Shown here: positions 8,985 through 16,941 of the stretch, in pieces
How positions within the stretch are numbered: the stretch's first letter is position 1
Layout of the letters: the number at the start of each line of letters is the position of its first letter
Virus record (IMG/VR): IMGVR_UViG_3300001605_000002
Span: 1-64,000 of that record
Direction: 5' to 3' (one strand)
Length of the DNA stretch: 64,000 bases
Origin: an uncultured virus (IMG/VR IMGVR_UViG_3300001605_000002)
Taxonomy: Duplodnaviria > Heunggongvirae > Uroviricota > Caudoviricetes
Made by a program: the position numbers and the translations under genes
Notes under the pieces: generated by a model
What the model saw: the letters and a program-made list of their open reading frames with translations, nothing else
The model's database searches: none
What the model was told of the DNA's origin: nothing

Positions 8985-9224
8985 TCATCGAAGCCAGAGG
9001 CACTCGAAATCGGGGTTCTGGTAGAGGTCGGCCGACGTGCTCGCGAGGATGACGCCGTCGGAATGACGGCGGCCGATTGACCAAATCCAAGCGGTCTTCT
9101 CGAGGTCGCAGTAGTCGACGTCGTCGACGAACCGCTCGAGGACGTAGTAGTCGCCCTCTCGTTTGTTCTTGCTTAGGTCGACCGCGTCGGTGGCGGCGAC
9201 CTTCCGATGCATCGCGTTAGTCAT
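8985..9224 (-). CDS. hypothetical protein
   Basis: 79 aa; strong RBS GGAGGAAGAACCAATG. Confidence 0.7.
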   Translation of the reverse strand: MTNAMHRKVAATDAVDLSKNKREGDYYVLERFVDDVDYCDLEKTAWIWSIGRRHSDGVILASTSADLYQNPDFECLWLR

Positions 9225-9301
9225 TGGTTCTTCCTCCTTCGACGCGGTGCTGCGCCCCGTCGGGGAGAGCTCGCGCCCTCCCCGCTAGGTCGCGGTCCTG
9301 A

Positions 9302-10453
9302 CTAGGCGGCTTCGGCGAGCCGCGCGAAGTCTTGACGCGGGAGCTCGATAACACGGCCGCCGATGTACTCGAGGTCGGTTGCCCGGTCGTAGTCTTCGAG
9401 GTCCTGGGCGGCCCTGGTGATTGCCGCGTGCAATCCGTACTGGCTTAGGGAGCGCCCCTGAATCAAGTGCTTGAGGACGGACTCGCGCTCGACGTCGGAG
9501 AGGTCGAAGTGTTTCGCCGTGACCTCGACGACCTTCTCGACCTTGCCGGTGATTTGGACGCCGGCAGTCGCCGCGATTTGATCGAGGCGCTTGCCGATGA
9601 CCTTCTCGTCGAAGGCCGACGCGACGACGTCGCGGACCTGGAGCCAGAGCGCCTCCATCGTCTTCCGCTTCGTGAGCGACGACATGATCGAATCGAGGTC
9701 GGCGACGTCCATTCCTTCGGTAAGACGATGGCGGGCGCCGACGTGGGTCCGCTTCATCCCGCCCTTGGCGAAGAGCGCCAAGTTCGTACAGGCCTTGGTA
9801 TAGACGCCGGTCTCGACGACGAGACGGCCGAAGCCGACCTCAGAGTTCGACAGGATGATCGCCGGCGCGCAGGTATCGAAGAACGTGTGCGTGCCGTCCC
9901 CCATCTTGTGGCCGACGGGCACGTCGCGGAAGAGCCGGGTGTCGATCGCCTTGATATAGAGGCGCTTCTCGGTAATTTCGCAGCTAACGATTTCGAGCTT
10001 CCGGTCATTCAAGAGCGGGAGGGTCGCGTTCGCAAAGTCATGGTTGTCGAGCGGCTGGAACTTGTCGGAGAGGAACGCCCGGGCGCGATTGTCGAGCGTC
10101 CGAACCATCCGGGCCTCGGGCTTCTTCTTGAACCAAGTCCGGACGTTGTCGACGAGCAGCTCGGGGGCCTCGAGCAGCATCCGGTCGTAATACTTCTTCG
10201 GGATGCCGACGGTCTCGGCGACCTGCTCGTGTGCGATTGGCGAGAGCGGGAAGCGGCCGGTGTTCTCGAGGACGATGGCCGGTTTTCCGAAGTTCGGATT
10301 GTAGCGGTCGGCGCCGTCGTCCTTGTGGGGGCGGCCGGTCAAGTCGAGCGTGAAGTCGACGCCCTTGCCGGTCGTCGCGACGTAGTCCTTCTTCGTCTCA
10401 CTCTGCCGCTCGATTTCGGCTGCGAGCTGCGAAAGGGTCTTTCCGGTTTTCAT
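9302..10453 (-). CDS. DUF932/DUF945-family protein
   Basis: MKTGKTLSQLAAEIERQ, MVRTLD..ARAFLSDKF, IILSNSEVG, ACTN, DYDRATDLE. Confidence 0.75.
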   Translation of the reverse strand: MKTGKTLSQLAAEIERQSETKKDYVATTGKGVDFTLDLTGRPHKDDGADRYNPNFGKPAIVLENTGRFPLSPIAHEQVAETVGIPKKYYDRMLLEAPELLVDNVRTWFKKKPEARMVRTLDNRARAFLSDKFQPLDNHDFANATLPLLNDRKLEIVSCEITEKRLYIKAIDTRLFRDVPVGHKMGDGTHTFFDTCAPAIILSNSEVGFGRLVVETGVYTKACTNLALFAKGGMKRTHVGARHRLTEGMDVADLDSIMSSLTKRKTMEALWLQVRDVVASAFDEKVIGKRLDQIAATAGVQITGKVEKVVEVTAKHFDLSDVERESVLKHLIQGRSLSQYGLHAAITRAAQDLEDYDRATDLEYIGGRVIELPRQDFARLAEAA

Positions 10454-10522
10454 TGGTTCTTCTCCTTGGCGCGGGACTGCACCCCGGAGCGTCCGGCCGA
10501 GGCCGGGCGCTCGAGGCTGCGG

Positions 10523-10672
10523 TTAGGCCGGGAGGCCGACGGCAACGAGGCGACCGTCTTTCAGGAAGTAGACGCGGTCGGTGAACTCCGGCGTCTCGAC
10601 GACGAGCTTCTTGAACGGCGTCGCGAAGAACTCGGGAGTGGTGATGATGAGCTTGAGGCGAGGAGCGGTCAT
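10523..10672 (-). CDS. small hypothetical protein, 49 aa (not in ORF track)
   Basis: MTAPRLKLIITTPEFFATPFKKLVVETPEFTDRVYFLKDGRLVAVGLPA; RBS AGGAAGAACCAATG. Confidence 0.65.
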   Translation of the reverse strand: MTAPRLKLIITTPEFFATPFKKLVVETPEFTDRVYFLKDGRLVAVGLPA

Positions 10673-10693
10673 TGGTTCTTCCTGTTCGTTCGT

Positions 10694-11212
10694 TTAGACG
10701 GCGGCCGGGCGCTGGTTGTGCATCCCGTAGGTCGAGTGAGCGGGCGCGGNGTACTCGAGCTCGGCGGCGAACCACCGCGAGAGTTCGTTCACCCGATGAT
10801 TCGAGACGCCGGCGTCGCGCCACTCGCGACGGTCGTTATCAGAGAAAATTCCGTCGAGGGTGTCGCGGTAGTAAATTCCGAGGACCGGGGCGAGGAGAGC
10901 GAACGCGAGCTCGAGGTCGTCGACCTCAATCGCGCGGCGAAGAAGGCCCGTCTCGGGAAGACCGGCGAGCGAACCGAGGCGCGAGTCGATAATACGGCGA
11001 GCGATGCCAAGGTCGGGAACGTGGGTGACCGAACCGTCGTCCCACTGAACTCCGAACGGGCCGACGTAGCGGTCGGCGACCTCGAAGCCGACGTCGAACA
11101 TCGCAATCGAGACGTCGCGATATTTGATCGCGGAATAGTGGTGTTCGTGTTCGACGGTCATGTCGTCGAAGAGGTCGACGCGGCGGCCGTCGATCATAAG
11201 CTCGGTCTTCAT
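10694..11212 (-). CDS. hypothetical protein, first gene of the leftward operon
   Basis: MKTELMIDGRRV...; RBS AGGAGAAGAACCGATG. Confidence 0.7.
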   Translation of the reverse strand: MKTELMIDGRRVDLFDDMTVEHEHHYSAIKYRDVSIAMFDVGFEVADRYVGPFGVQWDDGSVTHVPDLGIARRIIDSRLGSLAGLPETGLLRRAIEVDDLELAFALLAPVLGIYYRDTLDGIFSDNDRREWRDAGVSNHRVNELSRWFAAELEYXAPAHSTYGMHNQRPAAV

Positions 11213-11239
11213 CGGTTCTTCTCCTGTTGCCGGGAAATA

Positions 11240-11300
11240 TCCCGCGTGCAATATAGAGGGTGCGGCGCGGCGAATGTACAATGCGAAATTGCACGAAAAA
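11240..11300. promoter_or_regulatory. divergent promoter region with inverted repeat
   Basis: AT-rich; minus strand TTGTACA...CTATAT resembles the alphaproteobacterial sigma70 consensus; CGTGCAAT (11245) and ATTGCACG (11288) are inverted copies. Confidence 0.5.
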
Positions 11301-11315
11301 CGCGAGGAACATCAG

Positions 11316-11987
11316 GTGGCTAAGAGCACCAAAACCCTAGCCGTTCCGAAGGAATGGACCTTCCGCAGCCGGGAGGTTGCCGAGGGCTTCGACTCGCACG
11401 TTCGCGAGCAACTCCCCTGGTACGACATTGCGACGGGAATCGTCTCGCATCTCGCCCGCTCCTATGTTCCGAAGGGCGGCGTCGTCGTCGACGTCGGCGC
11501 GTCGACCGGCAACGTCGGTCGCGCCATCGAGGAGACGCTCAAGGCGCGCGACGCCGAGCTCGTGTCGATCGACGCGTCGCCGGCGATGGTCGACGTTTAT
11601 CGGGGGCCGGGTCAGCTCATCGTCGTCGAGGCGGAGAAGTTCGACTTCGCGTCGAAGAAGCCCGACCTCATCGTCTGCTTCCTCTCGCTGATGTTCGTTC
11701 CGGTCTCGCAACGCCTGGCGCTCGTCGAACGGATGAAGGCCGCGCTTTCGCCGGGCGGCGCCGTCGTCGTCTTCGACAAGATGATTCCGAACCCGGGTTA
11801 TCTCGGGACCGTCGCCTTCCGGCTCACGCTCGCGGCCAAATACGAGAACGGCGCGCTACCGGCGGAAATCATCGCGAAGGAGCTCTCCATCGCCGGGCTC
11901 CAGCGGCCTATGAGCACGGCCGAGCTCCCGGGCTTCGTCGAGGTCTTCCGGTTTGGCGACTTCGCCGGGTTCGTCTTCGAGAACTAG
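11316..11987 (+). CDS. cmoA: CmoA-like carboxy-S-adenosylmethionine synthase / class I SAM-fold protein
   Basis: WTF..EVAEGFDSHVREQLPWY, VDVGASTG, IDASPAM, LMFVP..R, LSPGGAVVVFDK, KYENG...EIIAK and FGDFAG are collinear with E. coli CmoA motifs. Confidence 0.75.
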   Translation: MAKSTKTLAVPKEWTFRSREVAEGFDSHVREQLPWYDIATGIVSHLARSYVPKGGVVVDVGASTGNVGRAIEETLKARDAELVSIDASPAMVDVYRGPGQLIVVEAEKFDFASKKPDLIVCFLSLMFVPVSQRLALVERMKAALSPGGAVVVFDKMIPNPGYLGTVAFRLTLAAKYENGALPAEIIAKELSIAGLQRPMSTAELPGFVEVFRFGDFAGFVFEN

Positions 11988-12193
11988 ACGGCGAAGATCG
12001 CGGCCCATCCCAGGACGACCGCGACGAAGAAGGCGACGGCGACGAGCCGGACGCTCTCCTCGCAAGCGAACCTGATCCAGGACGGGGCGGCGAAGGCCTC
12101 GCCGCTCTGCTCGAGCGAGATCCGGAGGGCGACGGCGGCCTCGGCCTCTCGCGTCCAGCGCGACACTTCGACGGCGGAATGTTCGGGGGACAT
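11984..12193 (-). CDS. small membrane protein
   Basis: C-terminal hydrophobic segment; GAGGAG RBS. Confidence 0.5.
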   Translation of the reverse strand: MSPEHSAVEVSRWTREAEAAVALRISLEQSGEAFAAPSWIRFACEESVRLVAVAFFVAVVLGWAAIFAV

Positions 12194-12249
12194 GCTCAGC
12201 TCCTCGTTTGTCGGGAGCTCGAGCGTAGGTCCGGTCGGTTAACGAACCG

Positions 12250-12606
12250 TCAAGCGGGCTCGTCCTCGTAGGTCTCGTCGCGAATGGGGTCGACGGCGTC
12301 AACCGGTTGGAGCGGCGCGGTGCCGAGCGGCGACGCCACGCCGACGAAACCCGCGCGGACGAGCGCGTCTGCGTACTCGCCGAGGATGATCGCGAGGACC
12401 ATCCGGCCGTCGTCGGTCATGAAGGTCTTCGAGGCGAATTGCTTGCGGTTGGGGCGAAGGAGGCCGAGCCTTATGAGGACCGCGCGGGCTCCCTTCTCCT
12501 CGGAGATGAAGACCGGGACCGGAATCTCGCGGCCACCGTCGATGTGCTTTATCAAGAAGTTGCGCTGCTGCGGTGACAGCACCCCGACGACGCGCTGATG
12601 GTTCAT
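12250..12606 (-). CDS. hypothetical protein
   Basis: 118-aa ORF with GAGGGG RBS. Confidence 0.6.
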   Translation of the reverse strand: MNHQRVVGVLSPQQRNFLIKHIDGGREIPVPVFISEEKGARAVLIRLGLLRPNRKQFASKTFMTDDGRMVLAIILGEYADALVRAGFVGVASPLGTAPLQPVDAVDPIRDETYEDEPA

Positions 12607-12764
12607 TTGTCTTGCCCCTCGAAGTTATCCCCAGGAATCGAAGGAGTACCCTAGCGGGTTTTTTCCCGCCGCGTCCACCGAAGGGGATGGCGGCGAATCG
12701 CTCGCCTGAGCTATACCGGGGAGCCCGTTACCAGCACCCCACCTGAACAATTCTAGGCCGCCAA

Positions 12765-13400
12765 ATGAGCGACTTCGACCCATACGCCGTCCTCGGCCTC
12801 GAGCGGACGGCGACGCCCGCCGAGATTCGGGCGGCCTACCGGCGGCTCTCGAAGGAGAAGCACCCCGACGCCGGCGGCTCGGCCGAGGCCTTCGCCGAAA
12901 TCGGCCTCGCCCACAACATCCTGATGGACGAGTCGCGCCGGGCGACCTTCGACCGCGAAGGGAAGGTCACCGAGGACAAGCCGGACAACGCCAGGGCGGG
13001 GGCCATTCAGCTCATCGACGCGTTCATCGGCGGGGTGGTCGCCGCCTACGCGACGAACTTCGACCCGTACCTCGACCCGCGCCGGCGCGACCTGGTCGCC
13101 GAGTTTCGTCAGCAGATGAACGAGCAGATCAGCGCGCAGACGGCCGAGATTTTTCAGACCGAGAAGGCGATCAAGTTCGTCATCGATTTCAAGGGCCGGT
13201 TCTCGGGGAAGGACCCCGCGAACCCCATCGAGCGGAGCCTCGAGCGGCAAATCGCGAAGGCCCGCAGCGTTCTCGATTCGATGAAGGAGCAAATCGAGCA
13301 CCGGCGGCGCGCCCTCGAAATCATCGACGGCTACACGTTCCGGGCCGACTCCGCCGACGCGTCTCACGAGTTCTTCCTCCTGACGGGCCTCCGCCGATGA
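12765..13400 (+). CDS. J-domain (DnaJ-like) protein
   Basis: DPYAVLGL...EIRAAYRRLSKEKHPD...AF.EI..AH.IL.D.SRR..FD; coiled-coil C-terminus. Confidence 0.9.
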   Translation: MSDFDPYAVLGLERTATPAEIRAAYRRLSKEKHPDAGGSAEAFAEIGLAHNILMDESRRATFDREGKVTEDKPDNARAGAIQLIDAFIGGVVAAYATNFDPYLDPRRRDLVAEFRQQMNEQISAQTAEIFQTEKAIKFVIDFKGRFSGKDPANPIERSLERQIAKARSVLDSMKEQIEHRRRALEIIDGYTFRADSADASHEFFLLTGLRR

Positions 13401-13912
13401 TCCTTCCAATCCTCCAGCTTCCGGACCCGCGCCTCATCGCCGTCTGCGAGGAGGTCTCGGGCATCGGCGGTCTCCTGCCGCCGGCGCCGGGCTTCGTCGT
13501 GTTGATAAACGACATGCGCGAGACGATGCTCCAGGCGAAGGCCCTCGGGCTCGCGGCACCGCAGGTCGGGTACACGAGCCGGATCATAGTTTTGTCGGTC
13601 AAACTGACCGGCTCGCCGCACTTCGCGATGATCAACCCGGTCGTCGTCGAGAAGTCGGAGAGAACCGAGAAGGGCGTCGAGGAGTGCCTCTCGTCGCCGG
13701 GCGCGCGCATGATGATCACGCGGCCGCACAGCGTCCGGGTCAAGTTCTGGAATCGCGACGGCGACCTTCGCTTCTACGACGCGCACGGTCTTCCGGCCCG
13801 GGTCATCCAGCATGAAATCGACCACCTGAACGGAGTCATCCTCGGTCATCGGTGGAAGAGCGCGGCCGAGATAGCCGCGAGCGGCGAAAAACAAAGGGGG
13901 GAAATATCCTAA
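13397..13912 (+). CDS. def: peptide deformylase
   Basis: GLAAPQVG, EECLS (EGCLS variant) and QHEIDHLNG. Confidence 0.92.
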   Translation: MILPILQLPDPRLIAVCEEVSGIGGLLPPAPGFVVLINDMRETMLQAKALGLAAPQVGYTSRIIVLSVKLTGSPHFAMINPVVVEKSERTEKGVEECLSSPGARMMITRPHSVRVKFWNRDGDLRFYDAHGLPARVIQHEIDHLNGVILGHRWKSAAEIAASGEKQRGEIS

Positions 13913-13913
13913 A

Positions 13914-14069
13914 ATGTCGACATCGAGAATTGCGGCCGTGATTCTTGCCTTCATCGCCGTGTGGCAGACCTATCAAGTATTTCGGCTAGAAAAGCTCGTC
14001 CACCGACCCATGATAACGACGGGGGATTGCGTCCGGGCGAGCGTGGACTTCAACCCGAATCGCCCCTAG
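13914..14069 (+). CDS. small membrane-anchored protein, 51 aa
   Basis: MSTSRIAAVILAFIAVWQTY...; starts directly after the def stop. Confidence 0.4.
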   Translation: MSTSRIAAVILAFIAVWQTYQVFRLEKLVHRPMITTGDCVRASVDFNPNRP

Positions 14070-14078
14070 TTTCCTCGT

Positions 14079-14155
14079 CGCGGGGTAGAGCAGCCCGGTA
14101 GCTCGTTAGGCTCATAACCTGAAGGTCGTCGGTTCAAATCCGACCCTCGCAACCA
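14079..14155 (+). tRNA. tRNA-fMet (CAT), initiator
   Basis: CGCGGGG acceptor with C1xA72 mismatch, loop CTCATAA, AGG/CCT anticodon stem (alphaproteobacterial form), TTCAAAT T-loop, encoded CCA. Confidence 0.95.
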
Positions 14156-14305
14156 AGTTTCCGGCCGTAGCCGGAATGTCGCCCGGGAGTTGAGTTTGTA
14201 TCGCGTCCGGGCGGCGAGTTCATACACCCCCGAGCAGAGAAGGACCTCCGGAGCGCGCCACGTCGGGCGCTCCGGAGGGGCCGCTCGAACCGAGAGCCGC
14301 GAGCT

Positions 14306-14756
14306 ATGAAGGGCGAGGTCATCAAGTTTCCCGACCGGCTCGACACGCCGTTCTCGCCCCGGCCCGAGCCCGCGACGGTCATCATCCTTCCGGTCATTTT
14401 CATTCCCGAGATGAAGGCCGCCGCGCGATCGCGACGAGGCCAGCGGATCAAGTCGACGCCGGAGCAGGTCGAGCTCCGCCGGCAAAGACCGCCTGCAGAA
14501 GCTCGACGAGAAGAAGACCCTCTACGCCGAGGCGAGCGTTCACGCGGCGGTCGTCTACCTTTCGAAGATCGAGCTCGAGCCGGCGGCCGTCGTCGCCCAC
14601 GTCCTCGACGGGAAGGTCCCGAGCGAGTTCATCGCCAATCAAATCGACGTAGAGCTCGACCTCGCCCTCGCGTGGCTCCAGGCCTTCGCCGTCTCGTGGC
14701 GGGCGCAGCGCGGCGTCTCGAGCCTAGAGCCGTTCACCGGGCCCTCGCCGGCGTGA
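14306..14756 (+). CDS. hypothetical protein (probable frameshift near 14490)
   Basis: MKGEVIKFP...; the coding-like frame continues as LQKLDEKKTLYAEASVH...PSPA-stop. Confidence 0.45.
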
Positions 14757-15061
14757 GCGTCCTTCGCTTCCACCGGCCCGCGATAACGCGGCAGGCGAAG
14801 GTCGCCGTCGACCAGGTCGTCTACTTTTGGGGCCGGGCGCTCCGCGTCGCGAAGATCCACGGCGACGACCCGGCGGCCCCCGTCATCCTCGAGGAGCTCG
14901 GCGAGAGCGCCGTCGCTCTCAAGGGCCAGCTATCGCTTTGGAGCTTAGATAGTCTTCGACGCGTTGGCTCCGGCGCGTTAAAGTCGCCGCTCAAGGAAGA
15001 ACCAAATGCCAAAGCGCAAACCCGAAAGCCCGCAAGAGAGAATCCGTCGGCTCGTCGCTAG
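14753..15061 (+). CDS. hypothetical protein
   Basis: GTG start overlapping the upstream TGA. Confidence 0.45.
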   Translation: MSVLRFHRPAITRQAKVAVDQVVYFWGRALRVAKIHGDDPAAPVILEELGESAVALKGQLSLWSLDSLRRVGSGALKSPLKEEPNAKAQTRKPARENPSARR

Positions 15062-15227
15062 GGCCAAGCAGGACGCGGCCGCCGCCGCGCTCGAGCTCGC
15101 CTCGGTGTGGGTCGACGAGCCGTTCTTCCGCGACGTCCTGCGGGCGTTCGCCTTCCCTCAAGACACCCAGGCGCTGACGGTCGCCGGCGTTCCCGTCCGG
15201 AAGCTCGAGTTCGTATCAACCGTCTGA
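15006..15227 (+). CDS. hypothetical protein
   Basis: RBS AAGGAAGAACCAAATG. Confidence 0.6.
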   Translation: MPKRKPESPQERIRRLVARAKQDAAAAALELASVWVDEPFFRDVLRAFAFPQDTQALTVAGVPVRKLEFVSTV

Positions 15228-15238
15228 AAGGAAGTCCT

Positions 15239-15424
15239 ATGTCTCACTCGTCCCTGCTTACCGAGCAGGAAGCCGTCGACCTCTACGTCGCGGAGGTCAT
15301 CCGCGTTTGCGAAGTCTCGGGCGCGCCAGCTCCAGGCAAAACCGATTTGATGCTCGTCGCCCACGCAAGCGCCGTGGTCAAGTTGCTCAAGGAACTCGAC
15401 GCCCGCCGGCTCGCCGCCCGGTAA
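15239..15424 (+). CDS. hypothetical protein
   Basis: MSHSSLLTEQEAVDLY...; AAGGA RBS. Confidence 0.55.
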   Translation: MSHSSLLTEQEAVDLYVAEVIRVCEVSGAPAPGKTDLMLVAHASAVVKLLKELDARRLAAR

Positions 15425-15440
15425 CAGAAGGACCAAGACG

Positions 15441-15665
15441 ATGACCCCAGGTAAATCGACGCCCGAGCAACGCGCAATCGAGCCCATCCTCCAGTTCTTC
15501 GCCTACGGCCACTTGCCCGCCGCGCTCCAGGAAATATCAAAGCCGTTCGGCGACCTCGCCGAGTCGATGGTTGGCTCGCTCCCGCGCAATCCCGAGCGGA
15601 CCGTCGCGCTGCGCAAGCTGCTCGAGGCGAAGGACGCGGCCGTCCGCGCGTCGATTTTCAAGTAA
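15441..15665 (+). CDS. conserved small helical-hairpin phage protein
   Basis: ILQFFAYGHLP..LQEISKPF..LA...LP.NPERTVALRKLLEAKDAAVRA, a sequence I recognise as a widespread phage family. Confidence 0.75.
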   Translation: MTPGKSTPEQRAIEPILQFFAYGHLPAALQEISKPFGDLAESMVGSLPRNPERTVALRKLLEAKDAAVRASIFK

Positions 15666-15683
15666 GGGCCGGAGGAAGAACCA

Positions 15684-16217
15684 ATGACCGACACCAAGGA
15701 CGTCCCGCTCTACGCGAACCTCGAGGACCGGATGCTCGGCCGCGCGCAGCGCCCCATGACCGCGACCGAGGCGAGGGATGCGCAGGACTTCAACGAGCGG
15801 CTCGAGCAGTTTCGCGGACAGGTCGTCGGCGGCCTCGAGACCGACGCGTCCTTCCGCCTTCGCCTGCTCGACGCCACCGGCCTGAACGAGCTCCAGCGAT
15901 ACGCGGCCGAGCGCGGGACCGGCCGCGAGCTCGACGAGGTCGGCTTCATGGTCGACAAGGTTCGGATAGGCCTCGGAGCGGGCCGCGTCACGTCGATGCC
16001 GTTCTTCGCTATCGCCCGCGACTTCTATCTCCCTTATGCGGTCGTCCTCTACGCCGCCAACCTCCTCGAGCGCGGAGAACCGTTCAAGGGCCTCCATCCC
16101 ATCCAGGTGAGCCACATAAGGGCCGCCATCATCACCGAGGGACTAAGGCGTAGGGGAATACCCCGCCCGTCGTTCGTCGACACACCCGCTTATTGGATTT
16201 CCCCGGAGAAGGCCTGA
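15684..16217 (+). CDS. hypothetical protein
   Basis: RBS GGAGGAAGAACCAATG. Confidence 0.65.
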   Translation: MTDTKDVPLYANLEDRMLGRAQRPMTATEARDAQDFNERLEQFRGQVVGGLETDASFRLRLLDATGLNELQRYAAERGTGRELDEVGFMVDKVRIGLGAGRVTSMPFFAIARDFYLPYAVVLYAANLLERGEPFKGLHPIQVSHIRAAIITEGLRRRGIPRPSFVDTPAYWISPEKA

Positions 16218-16452
16218 TGGCAACAGAGCCCGACTACGCCGGCCTTTCCGACGCCGCGCTTCTCGCCCTCGAAGAACGCATGTACGACGACGAAGTAGAG
16301 GGAAACGGCGATTGGTTCGAGAGAGACAAAGTCCTGTGGGAGATAAACGCCCGCAAGAACCGCTCGAGCCCTCCATCCCCGGACCCTGGAACGGGCTCCC
16401 CTCGCCACTCCGGCGTTTGATTTTCCCTGAAAAATAAACAAAGCTCCGACCG

Positions 16453-16941
16453 ATGACGAAACCGACCGGCAAAGGCAACAGGGGCGGCGCCGGTCGAGGA
16501 CAAGGCCGGAAGCCCGGCATCCCGAACAAGGCGACGGTCGAGCGCGCGCTCGAGGCCGCGAAACAGAACGCCGAGGCGAAGGCGAACGGCAAGAAGCTCG
16601 CGAAGGAAGTCCTCGAGGAGTTCATGCTGCTGTTCGCCGGCATGGCGGCCGCCTATCAGCCGCTTCCGCCGGGCACACCCGTTCCGCCGGGCCGCGAGCC
16701 GAACGAGGCGAAGTTCATCACCTATGCGAAGCTCGCGACGGACACGGCGGCGGACCTCGCCCCCTATCAGTCGCCGACCTTCCGCGCGATCGGCGTCATG
16801 GCACCGAACCCGGACCTTCGCCCGGGTGATGGCGCGAAGACCATCGGGAGCAGCTCGAAGAAGATGAACGCAGTCGAGGCGGCGCGCGCCTATCGGCTCT
16901 TGATGCTCTCGCCGGCGGGTGCGGCCGTCGACGACGAATGA
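16453..16941 (+). CDS. terminase small subunit
   Basis: GGAGRGQGRKPGIPNKAT and LAPY motifs; directly upstream of TerL. Confidence 0.75.
   Translation: MTKPTGKGNRGGAGRGQGRKPGIPNKATVERALEAAKQNAEAKANGKKLAKEVLEEFMLLFAGMAAAYQPLPPGTPVPPGREPNEAKFITYAKLATDTAADLAPYQSPTFRAIGVMAPNPDLRPGDGAKTIGSSSKKMNAVEAARAYRLLMLSPAGAAVDDE

Noticed and set aside
7362..10525. CRISPR array interpretation of the repeated hairpins
   Set aside because: Copies are degenerate and separated by whole genes rather than 30-40 nt spacers; no cas genes are present.
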